Positions 40,592 to 50,827 are shown, counted from the stretch's first letter. The stretch is DNA of 64,000 nucleotides from an uncultured Atopobium sp. (GCA_963518165.1 CAUQHX010000003.1:34480-98479); one strand, 5' to 3'. Made by a program: numbers and translations. Notes: generated from the letters alone by a model not told the origin.

Positions 40592-41872
40592 ATGGAAAAG
40601 CTACCAATCAAAAAAGCTGTTGAAGGGTTGCTTAAGCTTCAGGATACAGGAAAGTCCGCCACGCTTTTGGGAATTGGACCAATGTCGCCCAACCTGTTGC
40701 AGGCAGCTTTTGAACTTGGTAGAGACTGCGATTTTCCTCTGATGTTTATTGCATCCCGAAACCAGGTAGATCTTGATGAGCTTGGTGGAGGATACGTAAA
40801 TTCTTGGGATCAGAAGCGTTTCTCGGAAGATATTGCTGAAGCAGCTCAGAAGGTTGGTTTTGACGGCCTGTACTATCTCTGCCGCGACCACGGCGGTCCT
40901 TGGCAGCGCGATGAGGAACGCAACGCCCACCTTCCAGAAGACGAAGCTATGGAGCTTGCCAAAAAGTCCTATCTTGCTGATATGCTTAACGGCTTTGACC
41001 TGCTGATGATTGACCCAACCAAGGATCCTTTTGAGATTGGAAAGGTTATTCCGCTTGATGTGGTTCTTCGTCGCACGGTTGATTTGATTGAGTGGTGCGA
41101 GAAAGAACGTGTTTCTCGCGGTCTTCCTGAGATTGGCTATGAGGTTGGTACCGAAGAAACAAACGGTGGTTTGACCTCAACAGACAAGTACCACACCTTT
41201 ATTGAGCAGCTTAAGAGCGAGCTCACCGCTAAGGGCCTGCCAATGCCAACCTTTATTGTTGGTCAGACAGGAACGCTTACGCGTCTTACCGAGCAGGTTG
41301 GACATTACGATTTTGAGGCCGCCATTAGCCTTGCGGAGATGGCCAAGAGCTACGGCGTTGGTCTCAAGGAGCACAACGCAGACTACCTTGATGACGTAAC
41401 GTTGCTTGAGCACACCCCTGCAAACGTCACTGCTTCAAACGTGGCTCCACAGTATGGAACGGAAGAGACTCGCGCATATCTGAAGCTTTGCGATGTCGAA
41501 GATCTTCTGGTCAAAGAAGGCCTCCTGAAGGCAGACGAGGTTTCTGGCTTGAGGAATACCCTGCTAGTCAAGGCAATTGAGACTGAGCGTTGGCGCAAGT
41601 GGATGGTTGGCGATCAGGTTAATCTGACTGTTGAGCAAATTCTTGCTGATCACAAACTGTCTCTGGATATTCTTGATATCTCCGGCCATTATGCGTTCAA
41701 TGATGACGAGGTTAAGGCAGCAACTGAGCACCTCTACAAGAACCTTGCTCAGTTCAATATTGATGGCCAGCGCTTTGTTGTTGATCACATCAAGCGTCCT
41801 CTTCGTCAGTACGTTGAGTGCTACAGGCTTGAGGGAGTTACCACACGTATTCGTGAGGCACTGGCAGAGTAA
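40592..41872 (+). CDS. GatZ/KbaZ family protein (probable hexose-6-phosphate C4-epimerase)
   Basis: ASRNQVD...GGY, DHGGPWQ, YEVGTEE, KEHNADY and NVAPQYG. Confidence 0.8.
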   Translation: MEKLPIKKAVEGLLKLQDTGKSATLLGIGPMSPNLLQAAFELGRDCDFPLMFIASRNQVDLDELGGGYVNSWDQKRFSEDIAEAAQKVGFDGLYYLCRDHGGPWQRDEERNAHLPEDEAMELAKKSYLADMLNGFDLLMIDPTKDPFEIGKVIPLDVVLRRTVDLIEWCEKERVSRGLPEIGYEVGTEETNGGLTSTDKYHTFIEQLKSELTAKGLPMPTFIVGQTGTLTRLTEQVGHYDFEAAISLAEMAKSYGVGLKEHNADYLDDVTLLEHTPANVTASNVAPQYGTEETRAYLKLCDVEDLLVKEGLLKADEVSGLRNTLLVKAIETERWRKWMVGDQVNLTVEQILADHKLSLDILDISGHYAFNDDEVKAATEHLYKNLAQFNIDGQRFVVDHIKRPLRQYVECYRLEGVTTRIREALAE

Positions 41873-42042
41873 ACACGCCTGCTTTCAAGTGTGGCGTTTT
41901 ATCGTTGTAATGACCTTGCTGTCAGATTTTGGACAGCTAACTGACAAACCTAAGAGGTCGAAGGCTTTTTGCTTTCGACCTCTTTTCTTGTGCGATGTAT
42001 CATAGAGAACAATAGTTACAAAAAATGACGCTAAGGAGCGGC

Positions 42043-42501
42043 ATGGCCGAAAACAACGAGCGCAAAGATGGAGTTTCTCCCCAGCTTGATATGCTCTCAA
42101 CTGAGCTGCTTGGGGATGCGTTTGACCTGCTTGCAGATGGCCAATCACTCAACGTTTTACTTGTGGTTGAAGATGCGTCAGGCACCGTGGCAAGTTATGA
42201 GTTTTCTGACGACGGTCCAGAAGAGCTGCTTGAGGGCGCCCATAAGCGCGTACTTGACCTGGCAAAACAGAAGGGTGACAAAGAAGCAGGACTTGAAGAG
42301 CCTGTCCGCTATGCGCTTGTATACGAGGGAGCCATTCAACTGCTCAAAGAGGGCGGTTACGAGGATGCTGTGCTCCTTGAGTTTGGCGAGAAGGGCTATA
42401 AGAGTTTCTCGGCATATTCTTTGGTTCACGGAAAAGGCCAAGGCGACCAGTTTGTGTGGTCTGATCCAGCGCCGGCGGGAGAGCTTGAGCCACTTCTGTA
42501 A
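42043..42501 (+). CDS. acidic hypothetical protein
   Basis: SD AAGGAG precedes ATG 42043, and the ORF fills the gap before typA. Confidence 0.75.
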   Translation: MAENNERKDGVSPQLDMLSTELLGDAFDLLADGQSLNVLLVVEDASGTVASYEFSDDGPEELLEGAHKRVLDLAKQKGDKEAGLEEPVRYALVYEGAIQLLKEGGYEDAVLLEFGEKGYKSFSAYSLVHGKGQGDQFVWSDPAPAGELEPLL

Positions 42502-42629
42502 TGAAAAAGCTGCGTTCATTGAAATTTCTGGGCGCTCTAGGCACGTAATTGCACTAAAGTTCTAAAGCTGATAAAAATTGGACCTGAATTATTCAAGTCT
42601 AAGCACATACCTTCGAGAGATAGAGACTT

Positions 42630-44468
42630 ATGCGTCAAGACAACATCAGAAATATTGCTATCATCGCCCACGTTGACCACGGTAAAACCACCATGGTTGA
42701 CCAGATGCTCAAGGCAACCGATGCATTCCGCGAGAACCAGCAGGTTCAAGAAAGAATCCTGGACTCCAACGATCAGGAGCGTGAGCGCGGAATTACCATT
42801 CTGGCAAAGAACATCTCTATTGAGTACAAGGGCGTCAAGATTAACGTTATTGATACCCCTGGCCACGCTGACTTTGGTGGCGAGGTAGAGCGCGTTCTCA
42901 AGATGGCTGATGGTGCACTTCTTCTGGTTGATGCAGCCGAGGGCCCTATGCCACAGACGCGCTTTGTTCTGCGCCACGCCATTGACGCAGGTCTTTCTAT
43001 CATGATGGTTGTCAATAAGATTGACCGCGACGGCGCTCGTCCAGAGGCTGTTGTTAACGATTCTCTTGATCTTATGATGGACCTTGGCGCAACCGATGAG
43101 CAGCTTGAGTTCACCATGGAGCACGTCGTCTTTGCTTCTGGCGTTAACGGCTACGCTCGCCTTGATCCAAACGATGACAATGACAACATGTTCCCTCTTC
43201 TCGACATGATTATCGACGGCCTTCCAGCCCCAGATGTTGATATCGATGGTCCTCTTGCTATGCAGTGCGTCACCATCGACCACTCTGATTACCTGGGCCG
43301 CATTGGTATTGGTCGTGTGTATTCTGGCACCGTTCATACCGGTGACAAGATTCTTGTTGTCAAAAACGATGGTTCCCGCGCTATGAGTCAGGTCAAACAG
43401 CTGTTTACCTTTGACTACCTGGGTCGTAAGGAGTGCGATGAGGTTGACGCAGGTGATATTGCGGCAATCGTTGGCGTTGATAAAACTGATATTGGTGATG
43501 TTTACACCGATCCAGAGAACCCTGTTGAGCTTGATCCAATTGAGATTGACCCGCCAACCCTTTCTATTATTTTTGAGCCTTCTACCTCGCCACTTGTTGG
43601 CCGTGAGGGAGACATTGTTGGCGGCCGCCAGCTCAAAGAGCGCCTGATGACAGAGCGCGAGAATAACGTCACCATGCGCATCGAGGAGCTTCCTGATAAG
43701 ACCGGTATTGAGGTTTCTGGCCGCGGCATTCTGCATCTTTCCGTTCTTATGGAGAGCATGCGCCGCGAGGGCTTTGAATTCCAGGTTGGTCGTCCTCGTG
43801 TTCTGTTCAAGAAGGATGCCCAGGGTCACACCCTTGAGCCTATTGAGCAGGCCGTTGTTGAGTGCAATCCAGAGTATGCCGGTAAGGTCATTGAGGTCTT
43901 TGGTAACGTTGGCGGCACCATGTCCATCATGGACACTGGCGAGACTCAGACGCACCTTGAGTTCAAGATTCCAACCCGCGGCATCATGGGTCTTAAGACC
44001 CGCGTCATGAACGTTACTCACGGTGACGCCGTCTTCTACCACACCTTCCTTGAGTACGGTCCTTTTGCGGGCGATATTGGTAGCCGCCAGAACGGCGCCA
44101 TGATCTCTATGTCTACCGAGAAGGCCGTTGCGTACGCACTTGGTACGCTTCAGGAGCGCGGCCAGCTCTTTGTTGCTCCAGGTGTTGAGTGCTACGAGGG
44201 CATGCTGGTCGGCGAGCGTTCAAGGCCAGGCGACATGGTTGTTAACATTGCACGCACCAAGTCTTTGGGCAATCAGAGGTCTTCAACTGCAGATATTTCA
44301 GTTCAGCTGACTCCTCCACGCCTGTTTACGCTGGAAGAGGCCCTGGAGTACATCATGGACGACGAGCTGGTTGAGATCACGCCGCTCAACATCCGTATGC
44401 GTAAGCGTATCCTTTCCGAGACCGAGCGCCGTAAGTGGGCAGTTCGTAACGGTATGGTCAAAAAGTAA
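42630..44468 (+). CDS. typA: translational GTPase TypA/BipA
   Basis: AHVDHGKTT, ERGITI, DTPGHADF, GRGILHL and DDELVEITP. Confidence 0.97.
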   Translation: MRQDNIRNIAIIAHVDHGKTTMVDQMLKATDAFRENQQVQERILDSNDQERERGITILAKNISIEYKGVKINVIDTPGHADFGGEVERVLKMADGALLLVDAAEGPMPQTRFVLRHAIDAGLSIMMVVNKIDRDGARPEAVVNDSLDLMMDLGATDEQLEFTMEHVVFASGVNGYARLDPNDDNDNMFPLLDMIIDGLPAPDVDIDGPLAMQCVTIDHSDYLGRIGIGRVYSGTVHTGDKILVVKNDGSRAMSQVKQLFTFDYLGRKECDEVDAGDIAAIVGVDKTDIGDVYTDPENPVELDPIEIDPPTLSIIFEPSTSPLVGREGDIVGGRQLKERLMTERENNVTMRIEELPDKTGIEVSGRGILHLSVLMESMRREGFEFQVGRPRVLFKKDAQGHTLEPIEQAVVECNPEYAGKVIEVFGNVGGTMSIMDTGETQTHLEFKIPTRGIMGLKTRVMNVTHGDAVFYHTFLEYGPFAGDIGSRQNGAMISMSTEKAVAYALGTLQERGQLFVAPGVECYEGMLVGERSRPGDMVVNIARTKSLGNQRSSTADISVQLTPPRLFTLEEALEYIMDDELVEITPLNIRMRKRILSETERRKWAVRNGMVKK

Positions 44469-44492
44469 CAGCGTCGTTTACAGACAGTCAAT

Positions 44493-44541
44493 CTGGCGAG
44501 AAAAACTTGCAGCTGCAAGGGTTTCTCGCCAGTTTTGTTTT
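44493..44541 (+). terminator. typA terminator built from an inverted GGCGAGAA pair
   Basis: CTGGCGAGAAA..CTTGCAGCTGCAAG..TTTCTCGCCAG-TTTTGTTT. Confidence 0.75.
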
Positions 44542-44653
44542 AGGTGGATTTTAAATAAAGTGCAGGTAAACGGCGTGCGCGGGCGATGCAAAACCGGCCA
44601 AGCCGCCAAAACCGCCAAAAATGTTCAATGACCGTCCGATTGCGGCGGTTCGT

Positions 44654-45397
44654 CTACTTTGACGGAATGTTCTGCTCGGGCTGCTTGCCCGGTTTCTGAG
44701 CTTTGTGACGAAGCTTGTTGACGCTACGCATGACATGCGGCGTAAGGTCAACGTCTGCAGGTGAAAGCACGTTGTATTTAAGCGACCAGCGCCTGAGGCC
44801 AACGGTAACCACAACGCAGACGACAGCTGCCCAAATTTTGGTGACACCCGCATAAGAGACAAGGGCCCAATAGGAGGTGGCACCAGCAACTGCGCAAAAC
44901 GCGTAGAGATTGCTTCGCTGGAAAATGCGAGGGATGTCGCCAAGAAATACGTCGCGAAGCATACCGCCACCAACGCCCGTAATACTTCCCATCAAAATGA
45001 CCGAGAAGGGGAGCAGGTGATATACCAGGGCTTTATCGGTACCAACAACGGCAAAGAGGCCAACAGAGATGATATCGGTCCACTCAAGCATGCGCGGAAA
45101 TCTACCAAGCGGCTCGGGGAACATAAACAGCAAAACGGCAGTAAAAACGGCTGCTGGAATAGCGTATGGCGAGTTAAGCATGTAAACGCCGCCCTCTTGC
45201 ATCATGACGTCCCTGATAAGTCCGCCACCCAAGCCGCCTAAAAGACCAAGGCCCACAAAGCCCACAAGGTCCAAGTGACGATCCCTTGCAACCAAAATTC
45301 CCGAGATTGCACCAATAATTACTGTTAGAAGGTCAAGCCAATAGGGGATGCCCACAGAAATTGCATCTGTGCCATAAGGCGAGAAAAACGGTGGCAT
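44654..45397 (-). CDS. TRIC/UPF0126 (YadS-like) membrane protein
   Basis: Duplicated motif GGLGGGLIRDV / GVGGGMLRDV. Confidence 0.9.
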   Translation of the reverse strand: MPPFFSPYGTDAISVGIPYWLDLLTVIIGAISGILVARDRHLDLVGFVGLGLLGGLGGGLIRDVMMQEGGVYMLNSPYAIPAAVFTAVLLFMFPEPLGRFPRMLEWTDIISVGLFAVVGTDKALVYHLLPFSVILMGSITGVGGGMLRDVFLGDIPRIFQRSNLYAFCAVAGATSYWALVSYAGVTKIWAAVVCVVVTVGLRRWSLKYNVLSPADVDLTPHVMRSVNKLRHKAQKPGKQPEQNIPSK

Positions 45398-45523
45398 CCA
45401 TACCTCCTACTGGTGTTTTACTTTTTATTAGTATGACAATACTACACAAGTATTAAAAATACACAGAACTTCTCGTCCTATATTGGTGAGAAATCCGCTA
45501 TACTGTCCCGTGCGGTTTTATAT

Positions 45524-45614
45524 GGAGAGTTGTCCGAGTGGCCGAAGGAGCACGATTGGAAATCGTGTAGGCGTCTAAAGCGTCTCCAGGGTTCAAATCC
45601 CTGACTCTCCGCCA
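45524..45614 (+). tRNA. tRNA-Ser(GGA)
   Basis: Class II cloverleaf with anticodon loop TTGGAAA and CCA end. Confidence 0.96.
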
Positions 45615-45652
45615 GAATTTTCACGGCGCCTACGGGCGCCGTTTCACCCTTC

Positions 45653-45743
45653 GGAGGGGTGGCAGAGTGGTTGAATGCGGCGGTCTCGAAAACCGTTTAC
45701 CCCTTCTAGGGGTACGAGGGTTCGAATCCCTCCTCCTCCGCCA
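45653..45743 (+). tRNA. tRNA-Ser(CGA)
   Basis: Class II cloverleaf with anticodon loop CTCGAAA and CCA end. Confidence 0.96.
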
Positions 45744-45862
45744 TTTAACATTTTTATTTGATTAATTGTTACCAATAAAGATATATTTATTTTTCGATTT
45801 TATATAGAATGTTTAGGCTTTGTAATTCGATGTCATCATTTTTGACACGAGGGGAGAGTTAA

Positions 45863-47251
45863 ATGGCTGTTTCAGCAGATGAGTTGAATGGCTACAGGCG
45901 CGATCGCTATTTTGCACGCTCCTGGGCACTTCTGACTCTGGAAAAGGGTTGGTGGAAGCCTGTCCTTATTATGGCTCTGTTTGGTCTTATTCCAGTTGTC
46001 GGAATTCTTGCACTTGTTGGCTATGCACTTGAGACTGCACGCGTAACTGCATGGGGCATCAATGCTGGTCCAAAGCAGAAAGACCTTAAGTTTGGTACCT
46101 ATATTGTTACCGGCTTCAAGGCAGTTGTCATTGCACTTGCGTTTGGTCTGGCATACAGCATTGCTACTGGAATTCTTACTTTTATTCCAGTCATCAATCT
46201 GATTCTTATTCCAGTCTTCATTGTTGCAGCATTTGTGTATCCACTGTTCATCAATGTTGTTCAGGTTCGCGCATCAGTTTATGGTCGCATCTCCGCTGGT
46301 TTTGCTTTTAAGAACATCTTTGAGATGATCAAGCATGACATGGGCGGCCTGTTCCGTATCTTTGGTATGGGCATTGTGCTTGGCATTGTTACCTCCATTA
46401 TTATGGGCATCATCGGCGGTAGCGCTGCAATCAGCATGATTGTCAACATTGGTGCTCAGGCCATGGCCATTGCAAGAACTCAGAATATTTCCAGCCAGCA
46501 GCAGCTTGGTCTTGTCATGCTTGCTCTTCTTGCACGTGGCTTCATCCAGATGGGACCAATCTTCCTGGTCATCGGCTATATTGGTCACGTTGTTGGTCTT
46601 ATCGTTATGCTTCTTATGCAGAACGCTATTGCTCTTTGGATGCGTCAGTTCAACGTTCCTGCATGGGGACAGAGCAACGATCCACTGCCACCATTTATTA
46701 ACGATCCTCGCGATGGCGCAGCTGCTACTTATGCAGCTCCAGCACCAGTTGCTCCAACTGCTCCAGCAGCAACCGCTGCTCCTGCAGTAGCACCTGTCGC
46801 TGTTCCTGTTGCAGCATCAGCACCAGTAGCAACCCCAGCTCCAGCTCCAGCAGCCCCTGCTGCTCCAGTTGCTGCTCCAGCTCCAGTTGCACCCGTAGCG
46901 CCTGTTGCGGCTCCAGCTGAGCCTGTTGCGGCTCCAGTAGCACCTGCGGCACCTGTTGCTCCTGCGGCACCTGTTGCGCCTGCAGCACCTGTTTCGCCTG
47001 CAGCACCTGCTACACCTGCAGCACCAGTTGCACCCGCTGCTCCAGCAGCTCCTGCAGCTCCTGTCGCACCTGTTGCGCCAGCAGCACCTGTAGCTCCAGA
47101 GGTTCCTGTCGCTCCTGCAGCTCCAGAGCCTGCACCAACTTCAACCGTGGTTGTTGAGCCAATTATCCCAACAGCTCCAGAGGCTCCTGAGGCACCTGCT
47201 GCTCCAGCAGATGCACCAACTCAGAATCCTGAGGGACCTGCAGTTCAGTAA
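45863..47251 (+). CDS. DUF4013-like membrane protein with Pro/Ala-rich C-terminal tail
   Basis: IPVVG...GYALE N-terminus and multiple TM segments. SD GAGGGGAG. Confidence 0.8.
   Translation: MAVSADELNGYRRDRYFARSWALLTLEKGWWKPVLIMALFGLIPVVGILALVGYALETARVTAWGINAGPKQKDLKFGTYIVTGFKAVVIALAFGLAYSIATGILTFIPVINLILIPVFIVAAFVYPLFINVVQVRASVYGRISAGFAFKNIFEMIKHDMGGLFRIFGMGIVLGIVTSIIMGIIGGSAAISMIVNIGAQAMAIARTQNISSQQQLGLVMLALLARGFIQMGPIFLVIGYIGHVVGLIVMLLMQNAIALWMRQFNVPAWGQSNDPLPPFINDPRDGAAATYAAPAPVAPTAPAATAAPAVAPVAVPVAASAPVATPAPAPAAPAAPVAAPAPVAPVAPVAAPAEPVAAPVAPAAPVAPAAPVAPAAPVSPAAPATPAAPVAPAAPAAPAAPVAPVAPAAPVAPEVPVAPAAPEPAPTSTVVVEPIIPTAPEAPEAPAAPADAPTQNPEGPAVQ
46730..47220 (+). repeat. degenerate 9-nt coding tandem repeat (APV/APA)n
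   Basis: GCACCTGTT / GCTCCAGCA units encoding AP[VA]. Confidence 0.85.
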
Positions 47252-47502
47252 TGTAGAGCACAAATAAAAGAGACGGCCATCATGCAGATTGTGTGATGGC
47301 CGTTTTTTCTTTTTCAATCCCATGTTTTTAAAATTACGCGCACGACTACGCCTTAGAAAGATTCGCGTCAGATAGTTGCAAGACTAGAGGCAAATTACTG
47401 ACAAATTGCCAATTTAAGCTAAATATGTGGACTGCATGTGAGAAAGTTTGTGGGCTAGTTTCGTATTTGAGCATTTATGTGGTATGATGCTTGGTCGAAC
47501 TT

Positions 47503-47553
47503 TCCTGCTTCGGGTGCACCTTCACTTCCCGAAGCCATTAGCCCAGAGGAGGT
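47503..47553 (+). promoter_or_regulatory. S6:S18 ribosomal-protein leader
   Basis: Hairpin GCTTCGGG/CCCGAAGC, then a CCC bulge and the SD AGGAGG, which can pair with the upstream TTCCT. It sits directly before rpsF. Confidence 0.65.
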
Positions 47554-47559
47554 GACAAT

Positions 47560-47853
47560 ATGAAGGCCTATGAACTGCTGTTTTTTGTTGACCCAGCTTC
47601 CACCGAGGAAGTCCGCGCTGGTGTAATGAAGCGTATTGACGTTGCTATCACCACTGACGGCGGAGTAGTCGACAGCGTCGAGGACTGGGGTAAGCGTAAG
47701 CTTGCTTTTGAGATCGACGATCTTACCGAGGGTGACTATACCCTCATCAATTTCCATGCAGATCCAACGCAGATTGCAGAGCTCGATCGAGTCCTGCGAA
47801 TCAATGATGCTGTTAAGCGTCACATGATCGTGCGTCGAGTCGATAAGGACTAA
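47560..47853 (+). CDS. rpsF: 30S ribosomal protein S6
   Basis: YELLF, WGKRKLAFEI and GDY. Confidence 0.97.
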   Translation: MKAYELLFFVDPASTEEVRAGVMKRIDVAITTDGGVVDSVEDWGKRKLAFEIDDLTEGDYTLINFHADPTQIAELDRVLRINDAVKRHMIVRRVDKD

Positions 47854-47905
47854 GTCCTTGTAATGGAAAAGTGGAATTATTCCACGATGAGAGGTAGTGA
47901 GATTT

Positions 47906-48358
47906 ATGAGTATTAACAGGGTTAACATTTCGGGCAACCTGACCCGTGACCCGGAGCTTCGCTCCACAGCAGGCGGTACCCAGATTCTATCCTTCGGCGT
48001 TGCAGTTAATGATCGTCGCAGGAACCAGCAGACCGGTGAGTGGGAAGATGTTCCCAACTTCGTTGACTGCGTAGTATTTGGACAGCGTGCTGAAGCACTT
48101 TCCCGCTTCCTCTCCAAGGGTTCGAAGGTTGCTATTGAAGGCAAACTTCGTTTCAGCTCCTGGGAGACGAAGGAAGGACAGCGTCGCAGCAAGCTTGAGG
48201 TTGTTGTTGATGAGGTCGAGTTCCTTTCTAGGAATCAGCAGGGTGGAGCCCCTATGTCACAGGGTGCACCATCTTATGCAGCTCCAACTCCACAGGCACC
48301 CGCTCCCGTTCCGGCTCCGCCAGACGAGGAGTTCTACGATGCTGATATTCCGTTTTAA
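47906..48358 (+). CDS. ssb: single-stranded DNA-binding protein
   Basis: INRVNISGNLTRDPELR and C-terminal DADIPF. Confidence 0.97.
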   Translation: MSINRVNISGNLTRDPELRSTAGGTQILSFGVAVNDRRRNQQTGEWEDVPNFVDCVVFGQRAEALSRFLSKGSKVAIEGKLRFSSWETKEGQRRSKLEVVVDEVEFLSRNQQGGAPMSQGAPSYAAPTPQAPAPVPAPPDEEFYDADIPF

Positions 48359-48406
48359 ACGTCAGACAGCAACACAGACGTTACTGTCATCTGAAAGGTA
48401 AAAGAC

Positions 48407-48679
48407 ATGGCTCAGCAGAAACAAGATTTCCAGCGCCAGCCGCGTCGCAAGTATTGCCAGTTCTGCAAGGAGGAGACTGAGTTCATCGATTACAAAGATA
48501 CTCAGCTTCTTCGTAAGTACATGACCGATCGTGGCAAGATTAAGCCTCGTCGCGTCACTGGCACCTGCACGCAGCACCAGCACGACATTGCACTTGCTAT
48601 CAAGCGCGCACGCGAGATGGCACTTCTGCCCTACACTGTCCCTGTGGTTTCCAGCCGCGGTGGCCGTAGTCGCGGATAA
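48407..48679 (+). CDS. rpsR: 30S ribosomal protein S18 (Zn-binding form)
   Basis: CQFC...IDYKD...[16 protein letters not shown]. Confidence 0.97.
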   Translation: MAQQKQDFQRQPRRKYCQFCKEETEFIDYKDTQLLRKYMTDRGKIKPRRVTGTCTQHQHDIALAIKRAREMALLPYTVPVVSSRGGRSRG

Positions 48680-48711
48680 CCTATCTGTTCTTTAGGTAGA
48701 GTTGGTTAGCA

Positions 48712-49770
48712 ATGGATAGACCGGATTCAAATATTCCTCAGGCACCTGAAGGGTATTCTCGCCCAGAGAGTAGCTCGCAGAATGTTGCCGGTCCAAGCAA
48801 CCAAAACGGAGGCAAACCGCGTCCGTTTGAAGCTCCAACCTACAAGCAAGGCTTTGTGCTTTGCGTAGTTGGTGGAGTTATTACCGGGCTCCTTTCTTTT
48901 ATTGGAGCTGCTTTGGTTGCGTATGGCATGGTAATTGCCGTCTATTGCAAAAAAGGGCACGGATGGTTTGGTCTCGCTATTACTTCTGTATTTGTTACAG
49001 GTATAGCAGCGTATTTGCTCTCGGGACCAACGGAGGCGGCAACTTCAGTTACCGCTTGCGCACTTGCTCTTGGAGTTGGCTACGCTTTTGCAACCGAGAA
49101 ACTCACCGTTGGTGTTGGATCTCTTCTTGTAGGAGCAACGGCTTTGGCACTTCTAGGATACGACGCGTTCTTTGCCGCGATGGCAGGAACAAGTCTTCCC
49201 GAGCTTGCTCAGAGCGTGTTTAATCAATACGCTTCGCAGGTCTCAAGCGCTTCTCCAGAGATCCAAGAGGGTCTTTCAACTGCAAAGGCACTCTTTATGC
49301 TCTTTTGGCCAACCAGCTATACCGGTATGGCGCTTTTATATTTTGTAATTGCGCGTTTTGGAGCTCGAACAGTGTATAAAGCACTGACAAGAGACCCACA
49401 GAAATTGCCACAGTTCCAGCTCATGGACGTTCCATTCTGGATGTGTGCTCTTACCGTGGCCAACTTGTTTGTGTACGCACTTTCAAGCACCGTTTTGTCT
49501 GCACAAGACATACTTCAGCTGATTACGCTGAATGTATTTATGGCTCTTAGAGTTGTTTTTGCTCTTCAGGGCCTTGCAGTGCTCACATGGTTTGTGCGCG
49601 AGAAGCACTTCTCGCCAGCACTTTCTCTGTCACTGTTTGTATTGGCAGGCATGCTAGAAGTTCAGTTAGGCGTTATGGCTCTCGTAGGACTTATTGACGC
49701 CTGGGCAAACTTCCGAAAGCTTAATCGCTCAGGAAGCCAGGATTCAGAGCCTACGATAAACAACAACTAG
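48712..49770 (+). CDS. DUF2232/YybS-like membrane protein
   Basis: Multiple TM segments, QGLAV and GLIDAWANFRKL, between rpsR and rplI. Confidence 0.8.
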   Translation: MDRPDSNIPQAPEGYSRPESSSQNVAGPSNQNGGKPRPFEAPTYKQGFVLCVVGGVITGLLSFIGAALVAYGMVIAVYCKKGHGWFGLAITSVFVTGIAAYLLSGPTEAATSVTACALALGVGYAFATEKLTVGVGSLLVGATALALLGYDAFFAAMAGTSLPELAQSVFNQYASQVSSASPEIQEGLSTAKALFMLFWPTSYTGMALLYFVIARFGARTVYKALTRDPQKLPQFQLMDVPFWMCALTVANLFVYALSSTVLSAQDILQLITLNVFMALRVVFALQGLAVLTWFVREKHFSPALSLSLFVLAGMLEVQLGVMALVGLIDAWANFRKLNRSGSQDSEPTINNN

Positions 49771-49802
49771 TCGATACCATCGACTCATCAAAGGAGTTTC
49801 CC

Positions 49803-50327
49803 ATGAAAGTTATTCTCTTGGGCGAGCTTCGCGGTAAGGGCGGCGAAGGCGACATCGTAGAGGTCGCACAGGGTTATGCGGAGAACTTCCTGTTCCCCAA
49901 CAAGATTGCCCAGCCTGCTACACCGGGTAACATCAAGCAGCTTGAGGAGCGTCGTCACAATATCGCTAAGCGCGAAGAGCAGCGTATTGCTGACGCAAAT
50001 GCTACCAAGGCAGCTCTTGATGGCAAGCTCGTAACTGTTGACGCTCGCATCGGCGAGGAGGGCCAGCTCTTTGGCTCCGTCACCACCGCTCAGATTGCTG
50101 ACGCAATCGAGGCACAGCTCAACGTCACCGTTGATCGTAAGCGCATTGCTCGTAGCGCTGCTATCAAGACCGCTGGTCGCCACAATGTCACCATTGAGCT
50201 TTATCGTGACATTACCGCTACCGTCGTTGTTCTTGTTGGCGAGGACGATGCTGCTCCTGCAGAGGAGGAGACCGAGGAGGTTGTCGCTGAGGCAACCGTC
50301 GAGGTTGAGGTTGAGTCCGCAGAGTAG
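49803..50327 (+). CDS. rplI: 50S ribosomal protein L9
   Basis: MKVILL, GYAENFLFP, LFGSVT and an acidic tail. Confidence 0.97.
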   Translation: MKVILLGELRGKGGEGDIVEVAQGYAENFLFPNKIAQPATPGNIKQLEERRHNIAKREEQRIADANATKAALDGKLVTVDARIGEEGQLFGSVTTAQIADAIEAQLNVTVDRKRIARSAAIKTAGRHNVTIELYRDITATVVVLVGEDDAAPAEEETEEVVAEATVEVEVESAE

Positions 50328-50456
50328 TTTTATGCATGCATAAAACACAGTTCTCCTGCATTTTTTGGTGGTTTATACAATTTCTGCAGTTTTCTACAGA
50401 TTTGTAAGCTTTTATAAAAAGCGCAGCCATCTGAAAAGAATGGAATGTTTGTTCGA

Positions 50457-50496
50457 ACCACCCCTTTGTGAAACATAACAAAGGGGTGGTCTTTTT
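50457..50496 (+). terminator. rplI terminator
   Basis: ACCACCCCTTTGT...ACAAAGGGGTGGT-CTTTTT. Confidence 0.75.
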
Positions 50497-50827
50497 ATGT
50501 GTAGACAGAACGGTATAATTTCTTATGCTCTACCTGCGGTTATTCAAAATGTTATGTAAAACATATTCACTTAACCTGCGGAATTGTAATTTGATTTGTA
50601 TAACCGCAGATAAGCAATTGTGTAGAAAATACCACGTGTCGAAAAAAGTCTAAAAATTGTTGAAAACGTTGAAAACTCAAGGAAATCCCGCTCAGGGTAT
50701 ACGAGTTTTGGAAAATCGTGTTGAAGACTTAACTTTTCGAATTTTGCAAGCCAAAATGACTCTTTATTTTTTTGAAAAGTACACTACCATTCAGATTCAT
50801 TCCCAAAAAATATGATTGGAAAAGACG

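Noticed and set aside
45524..45862. Integrated island at tRNA 3' ends
   Set aside because: No integrase and no duplicated tRNA 3' end seen next to any of the six tRNAs.
47381..47403. PafBC-type promoter TGTCAG-N11-TAGTCT on the minus strand
   Set aside because: Spacing is one base longer than consensus and it points antisense into a terminator.
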